From: the human T2T-CHM13v2.0 reference genome, Homo sapiens
NCBI RefSeq assembly: GCF_009914755.1
Contig: NC_060930.1
DNA length: 64,000 nt
Strand: one strand, 5' to 3'
The position numbers and the translations under genes are program-made. Position 1 is the first letter of the stretch; each line of letters opens with the position of its first letter. The notes below the pieces were generated by a model. That model did no database searches, had not been told where the DNA came from, and was given only the letters and a program-made list of their open reading frames with translations. Shown one piece after another: positions 39,761 through 54,101 of the stretch.

Positions 39761-40387
39761 AAACAGAGCATACCTTATGATGATCACTTAATCACATTTG
39801 TGGAAGACCATTTTCATGGCAAAGCACATTAGATTATTTTGATCCTTACTGGAAGTGGGGCCCAGAAAAAGCCTACTCATGTTTTCTATGTCCACAAAAG
39901 TGGACATAGGATAGCAGCAGAGGTTCATTTCTTATTCCAGAAAATTTCTTATTATGAAAAATAAATTCAGTATTATCTATTTTAAAGATGAAGTTTGAGC
40001 TTTTAAAATGCCATAAATGTTGCATTCTCAACTGTTTGACTCAAGGTCTAAACAAGACCAATATTTGCTGAGCTCCTTCTATGTGCAAAATACTGCACTC
40101 TGTTCAGTAGGTAATATTAGTAGGCATTTCCCTCAAGGAGATTATAACCTATTGTTTTACTGGAAAAAGAACCCTTATATTTAGTTTAAGAAATTTCATA
40201 GTGATTTATTTTACATGTCTTGGAAACTAATAGCAATATTTTTTTGAGGAAGATAAGTTGTTCCTTCTAGCATTTTTGTTTTAACATTAGAAAAGTTATA
40301 GGACAGCCTATTATTCATAGTGGTTTTTGACATAATCATGTCCCACAAATAGACATGGTGGAAAGAATATGAAGTGAGGAGCTATAC

Positions 40388-40521
40388 CTTGTGGGTGAGA
40401 CAGAGCTAATGACGAAGTGGGACAGCCCATCATTGTACTGCTTATCTACTGACTGAACTTTGATTCCCTTTACATCCATGATGACAGTACCATTATCCAG
40501 TGAGATGGAGAACACGTCTGA
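40388..40521 (-). CDS. LAMA4: LAMA4 exon 29 (SDVFSISL...VSPTR)
   Basis: 134 nt, CAG/GTATAG, phase 0-2. Confidence 0.96.
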
Positions 40522-42172
40522 CTGAAATGCAAGCACAGGCATGTAAGTAGGGAGTCTAGGGATCCAAAAGACGGAAATGTTTTCAACATTTACTGAATGG
40601 TATTGCTTAAAGGCAATATAGTGTGTAGGAAATTTGCTTGTAAAATAATTTCTATAAATAACAACCAAGAATACCTTATTGCTTGTACTGGTATTGCTTA
40701 TAAAATTAGACACATTTCAGTAGAAAAATGTATCTCCTATATTTCCAACTGAAAATTTTTGATGACTTTGTTATGCTGGGAGTTGTCAACCCAGTCTCAG
40801 TTACTTTCCTACTTTCAATCTCACTTTTAATCCCTTCGAATAGATGATATTTGGGTCTCCTTGGGGATGTAGCTAGATGACTAGGCAAGGGTTAATTTAC
40901 TAGTTTGGCTTTTTAAAATCTTTCACTTTTTCATCTAGAGGCAGAAGAGACATTTTTAAAAGCAAGTTAGCTCTTCTTATCTGAATTTGCTTATTGCTTG
41001 TCTTAAAATATTTGGCAAGGGTTAATCTTGCTTCTCTTTCCTTATATGGGCACCAACTTCTTAAGTCTGCCCTCAAAATAGACTACTTTTTATGGGCAAA
41101 AAGTGTTATTTAACTAACCAGGGTAGTCTGAGGCAGGTTTGGGTCAGAAGTTCTACAAAATGCTTTGGGTAAATTCTCACAAATTCTACTGATTCCAATT
41201 AAATTGGATATAAATGTGTCAGATGCAGGTAATATATATGAAAAGTGAAAGCTGCTTTCAGAAGTTATGTGATGACCTGGCACATCAGTGTATATATTGA
41301 TGATGACCTTTTCAGAGACCCATCAGTTGGATCTTACAGTTACCAATCCTCTACAGACCTTAGTTTATTCTTGAAATAACGTATCTTTATAAGCTGAGCT
41401 CAAATGCTCTGTAGCAAATCTAAGAGAAGTATGTATGTTCTTTTTACTCTTTTATAAATTAAATCACAAATGTGTTTGTTCATTGCATACAAACAGGGAC
41501 TCTTGAGAATTTTTGTGCCAGAAACACCTTTGGCATTTTGGTAACAGATAGCGACCGCTTCACAAAATAATGTTTTTAAATGTATAAAACAAAACATATA
41601 ATAATACAAAGGAAACCAATCATACTGAAATACAGTTTTCAAAATATTAAAATAATCTGTGATATTATTATAACTTTTTTATTAAGGCATTAAAGAATAA
41701 GATTCCATAGCAGACCTAATAACATTAGAAGTAGCAATGAGCAAAAATGACATTCTGAGATTTCTGTGACAATTGTAATGTGAAACAAAAAAATCTGTGA
41801 TTTCTATTAATGACAAAGTCACAGGTACTGGTAATACTACTGTGGTGTGTTGCCTAGAGTCATAATCAAAGAAAATGATCAATTTCAGTGAGAGAAAATA
41901 AAGATGTAATCTTTTCGCATTAAGTCCACAGACCCCCCTGAATTCTATCCATGAACCCTTGGGGGTGGGTCTATGAATTCCAGGTTAGGAACTTCTGATA
42001 TACAATACATAGAATATTTTATAAAGTGTTTGAAATGAGGCATTCTGTGTGTCTACGTGTGAGTCAAAATTAATCTGAATAGAAAATCACTTCTAACATG
42101 CATTACAAATTATTTTTAATAGGCAAAACAATTATCACAAAGAAGTTTCCTCAGAGAAAAACAAACACTTAC

Positions 42173-42310
42173 CCCTGAAGCATAATAGAATAGTAACCCA
42201 TTTGGTTGTAATGTTCGGAAATTAAAACCTCCTTCAAAGCCATCAAAGAAAGATATTTTCTGAATTGAAGCAATGAAGCTCTGTCCATTGAAATATGCTC
42301 TGCGAGATAT
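42173..42310 (-). CDS. LAMA4: LAMA4 exon 28 (ISRRAYFN...YYASG), LG3 start
   Basis: 138 nt, CAG/GTAAGT, phase 0-0. Confidence 0.96.
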
Positions 42311-42768
42311 CTGTGTGCCAGAACAAGTGGAGATAGTGTTTTTGAGAATTATCAAATGCTTAAAACTATCAATGTTTCACATACGGAAGGCCTTGCCTGT
42401 TAGTTTCTACGTAAATAGTTTATTTTCCCACTTCTGGTCTATGTTGGAATTCAGGCATACACCAGGAGCTCCTCTGAGAGATGGGGTTTCATCTTCTCCA
42501 CTGACTCCAACCTGAGTGAACAATGATGCTAGCACACCCTCTCTGGGTGTTAGATGCCCCACCCATGGAAAACTGAAGCAAACGAACAAGTCACAGAGGA
42601 ACCCCATGCACAAGAGCCCTTCTAGCTTAATGGTTCTTCTTTCTGGTGGTGGCAGAAAGGAACCCAAGGTGTACCTAGGATCAGAGAGAAGCTGAAAAGA
42701 ACTTTTCCAGCTTTTGAGAGTGATAAGTATTGTGTCTATTAAAAAGCTTTTGACTGAGTGGTTCTTAC

Positions 42769-42907
42769 AAGTGAGTCTTCTGGGCATCCATAACCAACTC
42801 CCAGGGTTTCTGTCTGCTCCAGTAAATTGAAGTCCTTCTTTTGGAACTGGAAGCCCTTCATGCATCCTCTGAAGTTGATATCTAGGGGAAGGTGTGCTCT
42901 GAGGGCC
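42769..42907 (-). CDS. LAMA4: LAMA4 exon 27 (ALRAHLPL...CPEDSL)
   Basis: 139 nt, CAG/GTAAGA, phase 2-0. Confidence 0.96.
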
Positions 42908-43886
42908 CTGGAAAAGAAAGTCAGCCTCACTGATACAGCCATGATGATGATGTTACCCTGCATATGTAGGCTATGGAATTTGCATTTATTTATAGTCATT
43001 TGTAATGGCTTTATAATCATTCATATTCTCATGCTTTCTTTGATAGGCACACAGCAATGTCTAATCTTTGCCTATAGAAGAGTTTTGTTCTACGTCAAGC
43101 CAATTTCTTCCTTACAGTTTTCAAAATGCTCTAACTTACATTATCTCATTTTATCTTTATAACAATTCAGTGAAATAGATGGAGATGCTATGATTTCCCT
43201 TTAGCAGACGATTATTAGGTTGAATCATAGGAACTAACATGTTACACAGAAATATAATCAATTCTTAGTAATTTCACAGGGTTTAACGTAATGAAACTAA
43301 GAAATGAAACTAAGAAATAAATTATTCTCTTATGTCACAAGTGATGTTAGGATTTGAACACAGGTCTTCAGACTTTTATTAATCCATGTCATTAATGAAT
43401 CCATTTTGGCATTATTTCCAACACATCTGTAATCAACAAAGTTTGGGGGAGTGTCTTAATGTTTCATTATACATAATACACAACCCTTTGGATAACCTTA
43501 AAAATTTGTGTAGCTCAGATGCTATTGGAGAGTTCAAAATGGGTTTAAGGCTAAAGCAAAAGTAAATGGACAAATGCTGTTTTGTCTTCACACAATACAC
43601 ATGTTCCACCGTTCCTATTATTGATGAGAAATACTGCATTAGATCATGTTCTAAGAGTAATACAATAATTGAAGAAATCTGTGATTACATCTATGCGATG
43701 CTAATTTCAGGAGGTCCTGAGGACTGACTGCAGAGGGCCTGAAGGTACATGAATGTGTGTACCTGTGCCTGTCCCTGTGTGTAAAAGTAGCAAGTAAGGG
43801 TGCGTACACTGTTACTAGACCTCTCCTGGATGTTGCCAGCCCAGTACATTGCTAGGAACAAACAGCTACTTAACAAAAAGCCTTAC

Positions 43887-44029
43887 CTGGATTGTAAGAT
43901 TTCTGGAGGAGCTCCTCCAATGTATATATCTGTAAAAGGTATTTTCATCTTTTCATTATCCATGCTCTTGACATGCCTTCTGTCAACTACCAAGATCATT
44001 TTCTTATCATTGTGGTAAATGATTGAGAT
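43887..44029 (-). CDS. LAMA4: LAMA4 exon 26 (ISIIYHND...ILQSR)
   Basis: 143 nt, CAG/GTAAGG, phase 0-2; translated by hand. Confidence 0.95.
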
Positions 44030-44367
44030 CTGGGAGAGATAATATATAGTAAGCCTTGATTAACTATTTAATATTCAGTTCTTTGATGACTTCTATATAT
44101 TTTAATTCTCCTGGTATACTAGCTGTTCTTCCATGCCTTTGTGCTTGTTTGTTCACAAAATGGGGAATAGATAGATTTTCTTTTCTCACAGACTTGAAAA
44201 CTCTTGCTTCTACAAGCAGCAGTTCACACTTTCTGGGAAAGGAGGTCTGTATGAAGAGGAGCCAGCCCAAGAAAAATTTTGCGATTAGACCTATTGTTTC
44301 CTCCTGCTCCTTCTGAGAGGATTCAGGAAAGAACTATAAACAGGTGCCACCATTCTCTTTTTTTTTA

Positions 44368-44735
44368 AAAAAACAACTTTATTCAAGTCTAGTTGACATA
44401 CAAAGAACTACACATATTTTATGTATACAATTTGATGAGCTTGGACATATGCAAACACTCATATCATCTTACAATCAAGGTAAGAGACATATCACACATT
44501 TCCCAGCATTTCCTTGTGTCCCTTTGTGGTGTGTGTGTGTGTGTGAGCATGTGTGTTACGCACACTTAACATGAGATCTATCCTAAATAAATTTTAAATT
44601 AGTTTTAACTATAGGCTCCATGCTGTACAGCAGATTTCGAGAACTTACTCACCTAGCACAACTGAAACTGTATACACATTGAACAGCAATTTCTTATTTC
44701 CCTATCCCCTAACCCCTGGTGACCCCTATTGTATT
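44368..44735 (-). mobile_element. Old L1 3' end fragment, antisense
   Basis: caactttatt...gtatacaatttgatgag...ctgtacagcagat...aactgaaact. Confidence 0.7.
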
Positions 44736-45542
44736 CCCAAGCAGGTGCCTTCTGGAATCTAGATTGCATGTTACCAGGTGTAATTTTTTTGGTGACACAG
44801 TGAGCAGTTCTAATGAATCTGCAAAAATGCTAGTCAGAGAAATAGTTAAAATATTCTTTTATTGTAAACCATTCTCATGAGGCTATGGACTTTGAACTGA
44901 AAAGGGAAATACAGTCTCCTACCCTTCGCATTTTGGTTCAACTTAAAAGATATTATGCCTTGTATACACTTTATTAAGTTGTATATTTAAAATAGTTAAT
45001 GAAAATGGATGAAGTATATTTTCAGTAGTCTGCACATCTGTTTCAAAACTAAAGGGGATTCTTTGTGAGTTCTCTTTATAAGGAAAACTGTGCTAGTATT
45101 TTCTAAATTCTGGATAAGTGGTTTAAAAGGAAATTCTGTATTTACTTATATGTATTCTTGTTAAATTTGGTGGGGCTCAAAGGATAAGCAAAAAAAGGCT
45201 GTGTATCTACACTCTGGCTCATTCAACAAATGTATAGAAGTATCCTGTAGGAATACCAATTGAGATATTTAAGATTAATAGAAGCCTTCTGGTTAATTAA
45301 GCAATTAAAAGGAATCTTTCAGTGACTTTTAAATTGGAACATCAACAGGAAAAATACATCCATTGTTTTAAAGCAAATGTTTTCCTAGGGTTGAGAAGAT
45401 GAGGGTCCTTCAGTTGCTCTTTAGATATGAAAGTTCTCAGTTTATTTACCATCCTGCCTGTCTCATTTGACTGCCTGATTAGATCAACAGATCTAAGTAT
45501 AAAGAACAAAAACAAAACCAACCAAACTACAATGATTTGTAC

Positions 45543-45674
45543 CTCATGGTATTTTGCATCATTAATTTGAGCTTTCTTTAACGTATCTTCAAGATGCACA
45601 GGGCCACTGCTGAATCCAAAATCATAGAACACATGTAGGTAACCATTGCGCATTTCCAGTCTGAAAAACATACT
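45543..45674 (-). CDS. LAMA4: LAMA4 exon 25 (SMFFRLEM...AKYHE)
   Basis: 132 nt, CAG/GTACAA, phase 0-0. Confidence 0.96.
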
Positions 45675-45829
45675 CTGAGGAGAGAAAGAAATTGTAAGAT
45701 AGGAACATCTGTTATGCGAGTAGAGTCAGATTTAGCTGAATTTGAGAAATAAGACTGTATTCTTTATTACTGGAACTATTTGAAGACTAAGAAAGTCTCA
45801 TGAAATTCTTATGAAATAAAAGTGACAGT

Positions 45830-46124
<295 letters not shown>

Positions 46125-46684
46125 AAAAGTGACAACTACTTCCATATCAGCAGCTATTTCTCTTATTAATACATAAAAGTTAATATTTATACACAGTGTA
46201 AAAATTCTTCTGTTTTCATTCTACTTTCTGAACTAATGGATGAAGTTTTAAGTCTACATTATTGCCTTTTAAGAAAATCTTGAAAATAGAGTATAGTATA
46301 CCATGTTTATTCAACTGCCTTGTCTTTAGGAAACTTTTAAAAATTATAACAGGCCAACAGATGTGTCTGCATTTATTTTAGGTGAAAATTAGTAAAATTA
46401 AAAAATAATTTCAAGGTATACTGAAAAGAATTCTTCCATATTATCAGCAAATATGGATTTAAAAAAAGAAGGCCATTGCTGTATTGTTTTGAAACACTGG
46501 ATTTATGTAAATAAATATAGAATTATTATGCACTTGGAACACATGATGTTTAAGAATCAAAGAAATTTTGTAACACTCAAATAATTTACTGGAGGTTTGC
46601 TTGTTTCAGAAGATAGTTCATAGATACAAGAAGTCAATGGATTTGAAAAATAAAGCATTGTGGCAAGGTCCCTATTCTATAGGA

Positions 46685-48255
46685 AGTGATCTCCTGAGTG
46701 GAGTTTGTACATTCCTGGGAGTGTGGAAAGCAGCCTACTGGAGTTTAGGAAGAAAATATTTCAACTTCTATTTATACTAATTTAAAAAAACCTGAAATAG
46801 AGAAGAAAATATTTCAACATCCATTTATACTCACTAAAAAATCTAAAATAGAGAAAGAAACTAACTTTTAATATTTAACACATGAATTATTGACTCTGGG
46901 CCTTCATTTTATCCTTTTGTCAGACTTTCACAAAATTCACATAATATGTGTGGCTTCCCAAGAGGGGTTCCACACTTGAAGGGTTGAAGGTAGCTCCTCA
47001 TCCATTTCTTTGCTTCTAGCCTATTGCAATTTATTGCAGTTTACGTGTGGCTAGTTATATGGATTTAAGGCTGATATAACCGAAATAATAGAATATTTAC
47101 ACTCATTTTGTATTGAGATGTAGAGTGATGTGAAAACATTTTGAGACACACAGATATTTGCTGGCTACTTCCTACAAATTTCTGAAAATGCTGTTAAGTT
47201 TATAGAGGGTTACACATTTTTCTTTGTAACATGAATTATTCTAAATTTGTTGAACTTTATTCGTGATGACAAATGTCTGACAGTAGTATGAATCCTACTA
47301 GTTATTTCAAAAAAGAAACATACTGTCACATCAATGTAAGGGTATTATCATAATAATGGATGAGAAAGTAACTTTTTCTCCTTTTTTTTGAGGACGGTTA
47401 TACTGTGGAGAGATGGTTTTTAAAAAATATGTTTGGGAATTTTTCTATTGTTGCTTTTGTTGATGGGAACAATGTAAATGCAATCCTACAAAAACTCTCC
47501 TATCAGCTCTATTAAAACATTTGAGGGAAGAAATTTCTAACCTTTAGAAAAATATTTCAAATAAAGATTTTCAATAGCTTTGAACCCTTTTATTAAAGTT
47601 TACAAAATGATACCTGGTTAGCTTACAAGAACTAATATTAGAAAAAAGGAAATACACCAATCAAATCTCAAAGACAACCTTTGCCACTTGGTGAATGTGA
47701 TTGAAAACTATTTGAGTTAGTAGGCACAGCTAATGATATGGTTCTTTCATTTTTTATTTTTGTGAGGCGTCTTGTCTAGTTACAACCACCAATAAAATTA
47801 CTGTTGAAATAAACTGGACTTAGGACAAGACTTTTGAATCACTGTGTCACAAAGAGTTTAAGGATTTTTGAAAATATTTAGCATACTTAATTACATTTTC
47901 TCACTAAAACTATTTTCTTTGAGCTGTACAGTAGATAAAGTACTATTAAAAATAATTTTAGTGAGAAAAACATTTCTGTATCATTAATAAATAAGTCAAT
48001 TTAATCTTCATTTTAAATATATAATCTTTTATTTTATCTTTATATAATTTGTCCTTTATTACAAGCTTTGACTGTTTCATACTATATTTATATCTGTTTA
48101 TAGTACACATGTATCATTTATAAACAAAGATATATATGTGTGTGTGTGTACATACATATATACTTACATACACACATACATATATACAAAGCATGCAAGC
48201 TTTGCTTTAAAATTGATTAGGGCATATGGTTTGGAAAAGTTAGGAGCCCAGTGCA
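46685..48255. mobile_element. Possible old hAT-Charlie DNA transposon remnant
   Basis: Degenerate termini (agtgatctcc... / ...aaagttaggagcccagtg) around an AT-rich decayed interior; family uncertain. Confidence 0.35.
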
Positions 48256-48539
48256 AAATTTCTGCAGACACCCTGCTCATCTAGATCTTGGTTCTAATTT
48301 CCTCAAAGTTCTCTTAGTTTATTTATATCCAAAAATGTACTGTGGGGAAATGCATCTCAGGGTTGCTTTTATTTATTGCTGTCATTACTTTCCTGAAGAA
48401 GAAAATCCAATTTGACTTTCTAAACTAGAATTTCAGTTTGATGGCATGACACACTAGACCTGGGAAGGTTCCTGGAAACATGAGTAGCAGAAAGTAAAGG
48501 AAATAAAGGAGAAGTAGTAGGACTTGTATTTTTACTCAC

Positions 48540-48711
48540 TCCATTGACCATCAGGAGAATAAGGCCGTTGTCAGCTGGTGTTCGAACTTCTATGTCAAAG
48601 CGAGTCACCTGACCAAATTTCCCTCTCCTTGTGATGTCTCTCACCACGGCATAACCGGAGCCATCGAAGAAGTAACTGGCAGCCCGACTCTGAGTGAAGG
48701 CCAGCTTATCT
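48540..48711 (-). CDS. LAMA4: LAMA4 exon 24 (DKLAFTQS...LMVNG), LG2 start
   Basis: 172 nt, CAG/GTGAGT, phase 2-0. Confidence 0.96.
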
Positions 48712-49171
48712 CTGAAATGGAAACACAACGGTCATTTGAACACTACAGTTTCTGTTATGCTTTTCAAGTGAAGCCCTTTTAACCCATTCTTCTAACATCT
48801 TCTGTGGACCTTACAACATTTAAATGAAGTCCTGTTGTCTGCAAGGAAGAGATAAAGAGGTATTTGTAGGTATGTTAAATGGATTGTTTTCTTCTGTATC
48901 CTGTGTGCTAAGACAACTGAAGTCTCCAGGGACACCCTAGTCTCTGGAATCCTTAATCAAGGCTGCAAACAAGTTGTTTAACACTTCATACTTGGGCATG
49001 CTCATCTATGATAGAGAACAGGTGAAGAGTTTTTTGCAGGTATGACTTATGTAGTTTCAAAACTGGCTTCCCCAAAGAAAAGTTTGAGAACCTGAATATT
49101 GACTCATACTTGTTCTATCTGCTGCTCTTGCATGAATATCCAAGTCTTTAGTACTCTTAACTGTCTCTTAC

Positions 49172-49305
49172 CGGGCACATGGCACTGATGTGGAGGGGTC
49201 CATATTATAGATGTGCTTAAAGTTGTACAAGCTGATCACATCATTATTCAAAGTGGCCAGTTCCAGGCAGCCAACAAAGCCAGGCAGGTTTAAGCTGGTA
49301 GGGAG
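49172..49305 (-). CDS. LAMA4: LAMA4 exon 23 (LPTSLNLPGFVGC...VPCAR)
   Basis: 134 nt, TAG/GTAAGA, phase 0-2; translated by hand. Confidence 0.95.
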
Positions 49306-50179
49306 CTATGCAATAGAAAAAGTAAAACCACTTGTCTCATGGTCATATTTTACTCAGACATCACAGAACAGACAATGCAACTAATAGTAGGTCAAGGAGA
49401 CCTACCCCTTTGTGGAAATATCTTTCTAGACCCGAGTGTGTTTATGCCAAATCATTTAGATATGGCGTAACTTGTCAGTTGTGCAAATCTTAGCAGAGAA
49501 AGTGGGATTTACTGAGCATAGATTATGTGCTGGTCATAGGCTGTACAGTGAATTCATGACAAAAATCAGTCCTTGCGCCAGCTTTGTTAGGTAGGTATTC
49601 TTGTTCTCATATAATGAGAGGGAAAATAATTCTCAGATAAATTCCAATTATGTGCCCATAACTAGTAATAATAGTCCTGAAATTGGAACCCTAGATCAAC
49701 TTCCCATCTTCTTCGACCTTTCCTTTATCCCCCTTCATCAGATTTCATACTCTCTCCGAAGTCTCACCCCCTCTCTCATCCCAGATACTTTATTTCATAC
49801 CTGTATTAGGTGAGATAACTGAATTTTTGAAACCACCACTGCAAAGCTGAAGATTAGATCTAAACTGTGGTGACACCACAAGCTACGGACCTTCCTGTGG
49901 CAGGTGGGGGTAATATTAATTACATATGCATGTATCAGAATGAATGAACTGATCTTCAGGAGTTAGCTATAACTTGAAAGCATTTGACATTATGAAAATA
50001 TGAGTAGCATAGACCAGATTTACACATCAGGTTTATAGATTCTGGTTCAGAATTCTACTCCCCCATGAACTAAGCTCTTAAAGTGATATCAGCAACCCCC
50101 AAGTCATTATAGGTTTATGGATTTATAAAAACAATTACTGTAGATTTGTAATAGGTCAAAATATAGCTGTATGGCTGAC

Positions 50180-50342
50180 CTTGAAGTTGGAAGGCACTCC
50201 ACCAACATAAAACACTGTGTCCTCAGGGTCCAGGTCCAGCAGAGAGTCATCTCCCGAAAATTCCCCCTTTTTAATGAACTTTTCCTCTGCTGTGCTACTT
50301 AGACTCGGGACTGTTAAAAACACCTTTCCATGTTTTCCCACC
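50180..50342 (-). CDS. LAMA4: LAMA4 exon 22 (VGKHGKVF...PSNFK)
   Basis: 163 nt, TAG/GTCAGC, phase 2-0. Confidence 0.96.
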
Positions 50343-50777
50343 CTATTGAGATAAATAATTTTCACTTGTTATTATATAATTCATAGAAAATACTTTTTAA
50401 ATGTCAAAATGTTAATGCTCCCTCATCACAAAATGGGTAATTTTGTGACACTAATAAGCATTTACAAAATACCACAATCAATGAGAAAGAGAAGAAAGAC
50501 ATTCCATTTTGAAGTTAATTCATGGATTGACCAGGTAAAATCTAATAATCAGATCGTGATTTAGAAATGACTTTTTTTTTTCTTTCCTACTAAGGTGTTT
50601 GGGAAAGAATATAAGAATAATGGAAGAAAACGGAGCAAGAATAAAGGGAGGAAAATGCTATTTATAACATCCACAGGAAGACTGTGTATGTGTGTGTGTG
50701 TGTGCACGCACATGTGCACGTTCAACAGGTTTCTTGTGATATGTGCATATATGCCCTGTGTCATGGATTCACTGTAC

Positions 50778-50923
50778 CTTTCAATCTTGACAATGCTGAA
50801 GTAAGCAGGCCAGGAACTGACGGGCTTGGAGTCCAGGGGAATCTCCACATCTTTAGTTCCCAAATTATAGACGTATACCAGATTATCATTTTTGATTGCA
50901 AGACCCATATACTCTTTTTTGGC
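50778..50923 (-). CDS. LAMA4: LAMA4 exon 21 (AKKEYMGL...VKIER)
   Basis: 146 nt, CAG/GTACAG, phase 0-2. Confidence 0.96.
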
Positions 50924-51538
50924 CTGAAATATCAAGAAGTAAGAAGTCATTTAAATAAAATTCATAAGAATGAACATCATCTTTTTTAAAGGACAATCAG
51001 AAATCCAAATATTTGGGTATATACAAGTGACTTCTGGCCTGAATTATTATCCGAAGCTCCTGTGAGCAGGCAGTGTCTCTTCCTTTCCAGCCTCCCTGTG
51101 GCCACATCAGAGTCTGCTGGCCCCATCTTGCTCAGGCTCGTGGAAATTTGTTGGCTGCCAGGAATGGGCTAATTTTGTGAGGCTAACCCAGGAATATAAT
51201 ACAGCCTGACAGTACCGATCACTATGCATCTCTAAACAGGATTCAGCATCAAACAGAATAGGCTTCTGTCTTTCTGAAAGTCTTTGAGGTGTTCCATTCA
51301 GACTCATCAAAGTTAGTAGTGTGATGGTGATAGGAAACAATCCCCACAATATCCCACACAGAGAAGAAATGACTTGTCCTTTAGTCATTCTTTTAATTTT
51401 GCCATTAAAATGAGATCTTCTGAGTTACCAGAATGGGCATTGTTTTGGTTTGTTTGCCTAGGTGGCTTTATTTTAGGCAAGAGAAAAAGCAGCTTTCCTT
51501 GTAAATATTATTCCCTCCTTTCAAACTCATGTGCTTAC

Positions 51539-51712
51539 GTTTTTGCTTCCGAGGTACAGGATAAACTGATCTGCAGTCTCGGTCAGTTCCGGCCGCTTCA
51601 CAGGGGGTTTCATGTACAGGCTCAGAGACGTGAAGGCCTTTAAGTCATCCATACTGGTTCTCGAGTGCACTTCCACAGCTGACTGGCCATCAAACATCAT
51701 GGAGACTTGGAT
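51539..51712 (-). CDS. LAMA4: LAMA4 exon 20 (IQVSMMFD...LGSKN), LG1 start
   Basis: 174 nt, CAG/GTAAGC, phase 0-0. Confidence 0.96.
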
Positions 51713-52194
51713 CTGGAGTGACACAACGGTTTCATTAAAAGTGCTTTGCAGAAATGGGCAGAGTGCTTTCCCGTGCTTCCCTCATTCGTGACAGGGGCCT
51801 ATAAACTCTCTTCACCTCCATACCTGTAGTTATTTACCACATCCTCCCCTAGTTGAAGAGAAGACTTAGGGCAGATTGTGACACAGTAGTTTAAAGTGGG
51901 GTGAAAGAAAGCAAAAAAAAAGTGGTGACTAAGTAGATCCAAGAATGAGGATAAATATGAATTCCACCATGAACAGTATACTTGGTTTGGGTGAACTAAA
52001 CAACTTGCTCAAGTTGTCTGGTCAGTATACAATTCACAAGGCTCATACAATTTATACAAAACTAATTGTTTGGGAGAAGTAGAACTAATTTTGGTTACTA
52101 ATACAGCTGGGACTTTGTCCCTAGGGTCCTCATAAAAGGGACATGGGGTGAGGCTGTGAGCAACATCCTTGCCCTTGTCTACACAGTTGGGAGG

Positions 52195-52365
52195 GGTCTG
52201 GACTAGCTTTGTAGTCTCAGACCAGGTGGGCTCTACCACTTCCTAACTATGTAACCTTGAGCAAGTCACTTAACCTTCAGTTTCCTCATCTGTGAAATGA
52301 GGATAATAAATTTGTTGTGAGCATGAAATACGATAACTATAAAGTGCTTTCCAGTGCCTGGTCCT
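52195..52365 (+). mobile_element. MIR
   Basis: ctctaccacttcctaactatgtaaccttgagcaagtcacttaacc...cagtttcctcatctgt, MIR core. Confidence 0.8.
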
Positions 52366-52704
52366 ACCATTATAATAACTGTAATAATGAGTTCATAAGG
52401 TGCCTCTTATAATGGCTCACAGAAAGGCATCACAACAAAGCACAATTCAGTAAGTGCATTTCTAAGAGGCCCAATATGATATGCTGAGCTGGTCTGATTC
52501 AGGGATAATTTTTAGAGTATTTACAAGTGTATGGATTGTGTATACTTATGTCATTTATCTGAATCTTTCCAAATGATTAGGCATCTTTATATTAATTTAT
52601 TAATATTGATTTGGCTAATGTGGGTGGTCAGTGAGCTCAAGGCTCTATTTCCAAATGACTGGAGTGCAGCTGTCCTATGTTATCAGTTGAGTAAAAACTA
52701 ATAC

Positions 52705-53003
52705 TTTTTTTTTTTTTTTTTTTTGAGACACAGTCTCACTGTCACCCAGGCCGGAGTGCAGTAGCACAATGTCAGCTCACTGCAACCTCCATCTCCCAGG
52801 TTCAAACAATGCTCGTGCCTCAGCCTCCTGAGTAACTGGGACTACAGGTGTGCGCCACCACGCCCAGCCAATTTTTGTATTTTGGTAGAGACAGGGTTTT
52901 GCCATGTTGGCCAGGCTGGTCTCAAACTCCTGGACTCAAGGGATCTGCCCACCTTGGCCTCCCAAAGTGCTGAGATTACAGGCATGAGCCACCGCACCCG
53001 GCC
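52705..53003 (-). mobile_element. Alu (S/J), antisense on +
   Basis: T20 run followed by a reverse dimer. Confidence 0.92.
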
Positions 53004-53922
53004 AAGACCAATACATCTTAATAAACAAGAAGTGTGGGGGATTAAAGTCTTACATTAATAAGTGAGAGTCTGAGAATAGTGCATGTCTGCATGAAAAGCA
53101 TCCCACTTGGGGGCACTGAGTGAGCTCCCAACTCCCAAAGGTGGGGCTAAGTCTGTCTTTAGCAAATGGTCTTAGGTGATTAAGGTCCCAAAGTCATACT
53201 CTTTATAGAAATAATATTACAAGAAAGCACTCATAAAAACCTAGCTTTTAGAATGCCATTTCTTGATGTACCTTTAGATAAACCTTTTTTGAAAATGTTC
53301 ACTGGGGCATCTAAATAAGGTAATTTGTCACAAGGGACCATTTATCATCATTTAAAAGTCAGGTCTATTTACCAAGAATAATCTTCTACATTACGAAATA
53401 GTTGATTTCTAACTCTTCTTTCTGTCAGTAATTAGGACCAGTAGTCTGCTCAGGCCGATTCTTAACTGAGAAAATAAAACCATATACTTTGGTCATAAAA
53501 AGTGAGTCTGGTCTATGAATCAATTAAAAAAATTCAAGAGGTCCAAGAACAAGCTCCACTTTGCCACATTGAAAAGTAATTGCTATGTCAGGAGATGTTC
53601 CTACAAATGCCAGCCCTAGTTATCTTCTGCTAAGTTGCTTCTATATGTGTCCCAAAACACATATAGTGTGTTTGTTGAGTTTATTCCTCTTAGCCAGTAT
53701 GTGATTCCTCAGTTAACCCTGCGGGTGGTCAGTAAAAGCTTCTGCATAATTTGTGTTGTACCAGATAATTTCTTGAAGGGGTAGGACAGATGGGATAGAT
53801 TATTCCATTATGGTAATTGCACTAAAGCAGCTGTTAAAATAACATAAAATATAAGAACGAATTGAGGCTTTTATTGAGGCTTTACTTCTTTTGCTATATT
53901 AGCTTTATTGACTAGTTTAACT

Positions 53923-54101
53923 CTGTGGTTTTTAAACCTGGCTACACATTAGAATAACCTGGGAGCTTTAAAGAACATACAGGTACTGAGCCCTTTCTCT
54001 ACAGAGTCTGATCTATTGCTTTCAGGTTGGGACCAGGAATTGGTTTCGTTTTCAGTGTTCCTCACGTGTTTCTAATTAGCAAATGGGGCTGAGAACTACT
54101 G
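53923..54101. mobile_element. MER5-family MITE
   Basis: tgtggtttttaaacctggctacacattagaataacctgggagcttt...tgagaactactg. Confidence 0.7.

Noticed and set aside
40516-40524. Alternative acceptor 4 nt into exon 29, and a second GT 5 nt after the exon 32 donor
   Set aside because: Both would shift the frame; such sites are common and there is no evidence of use.
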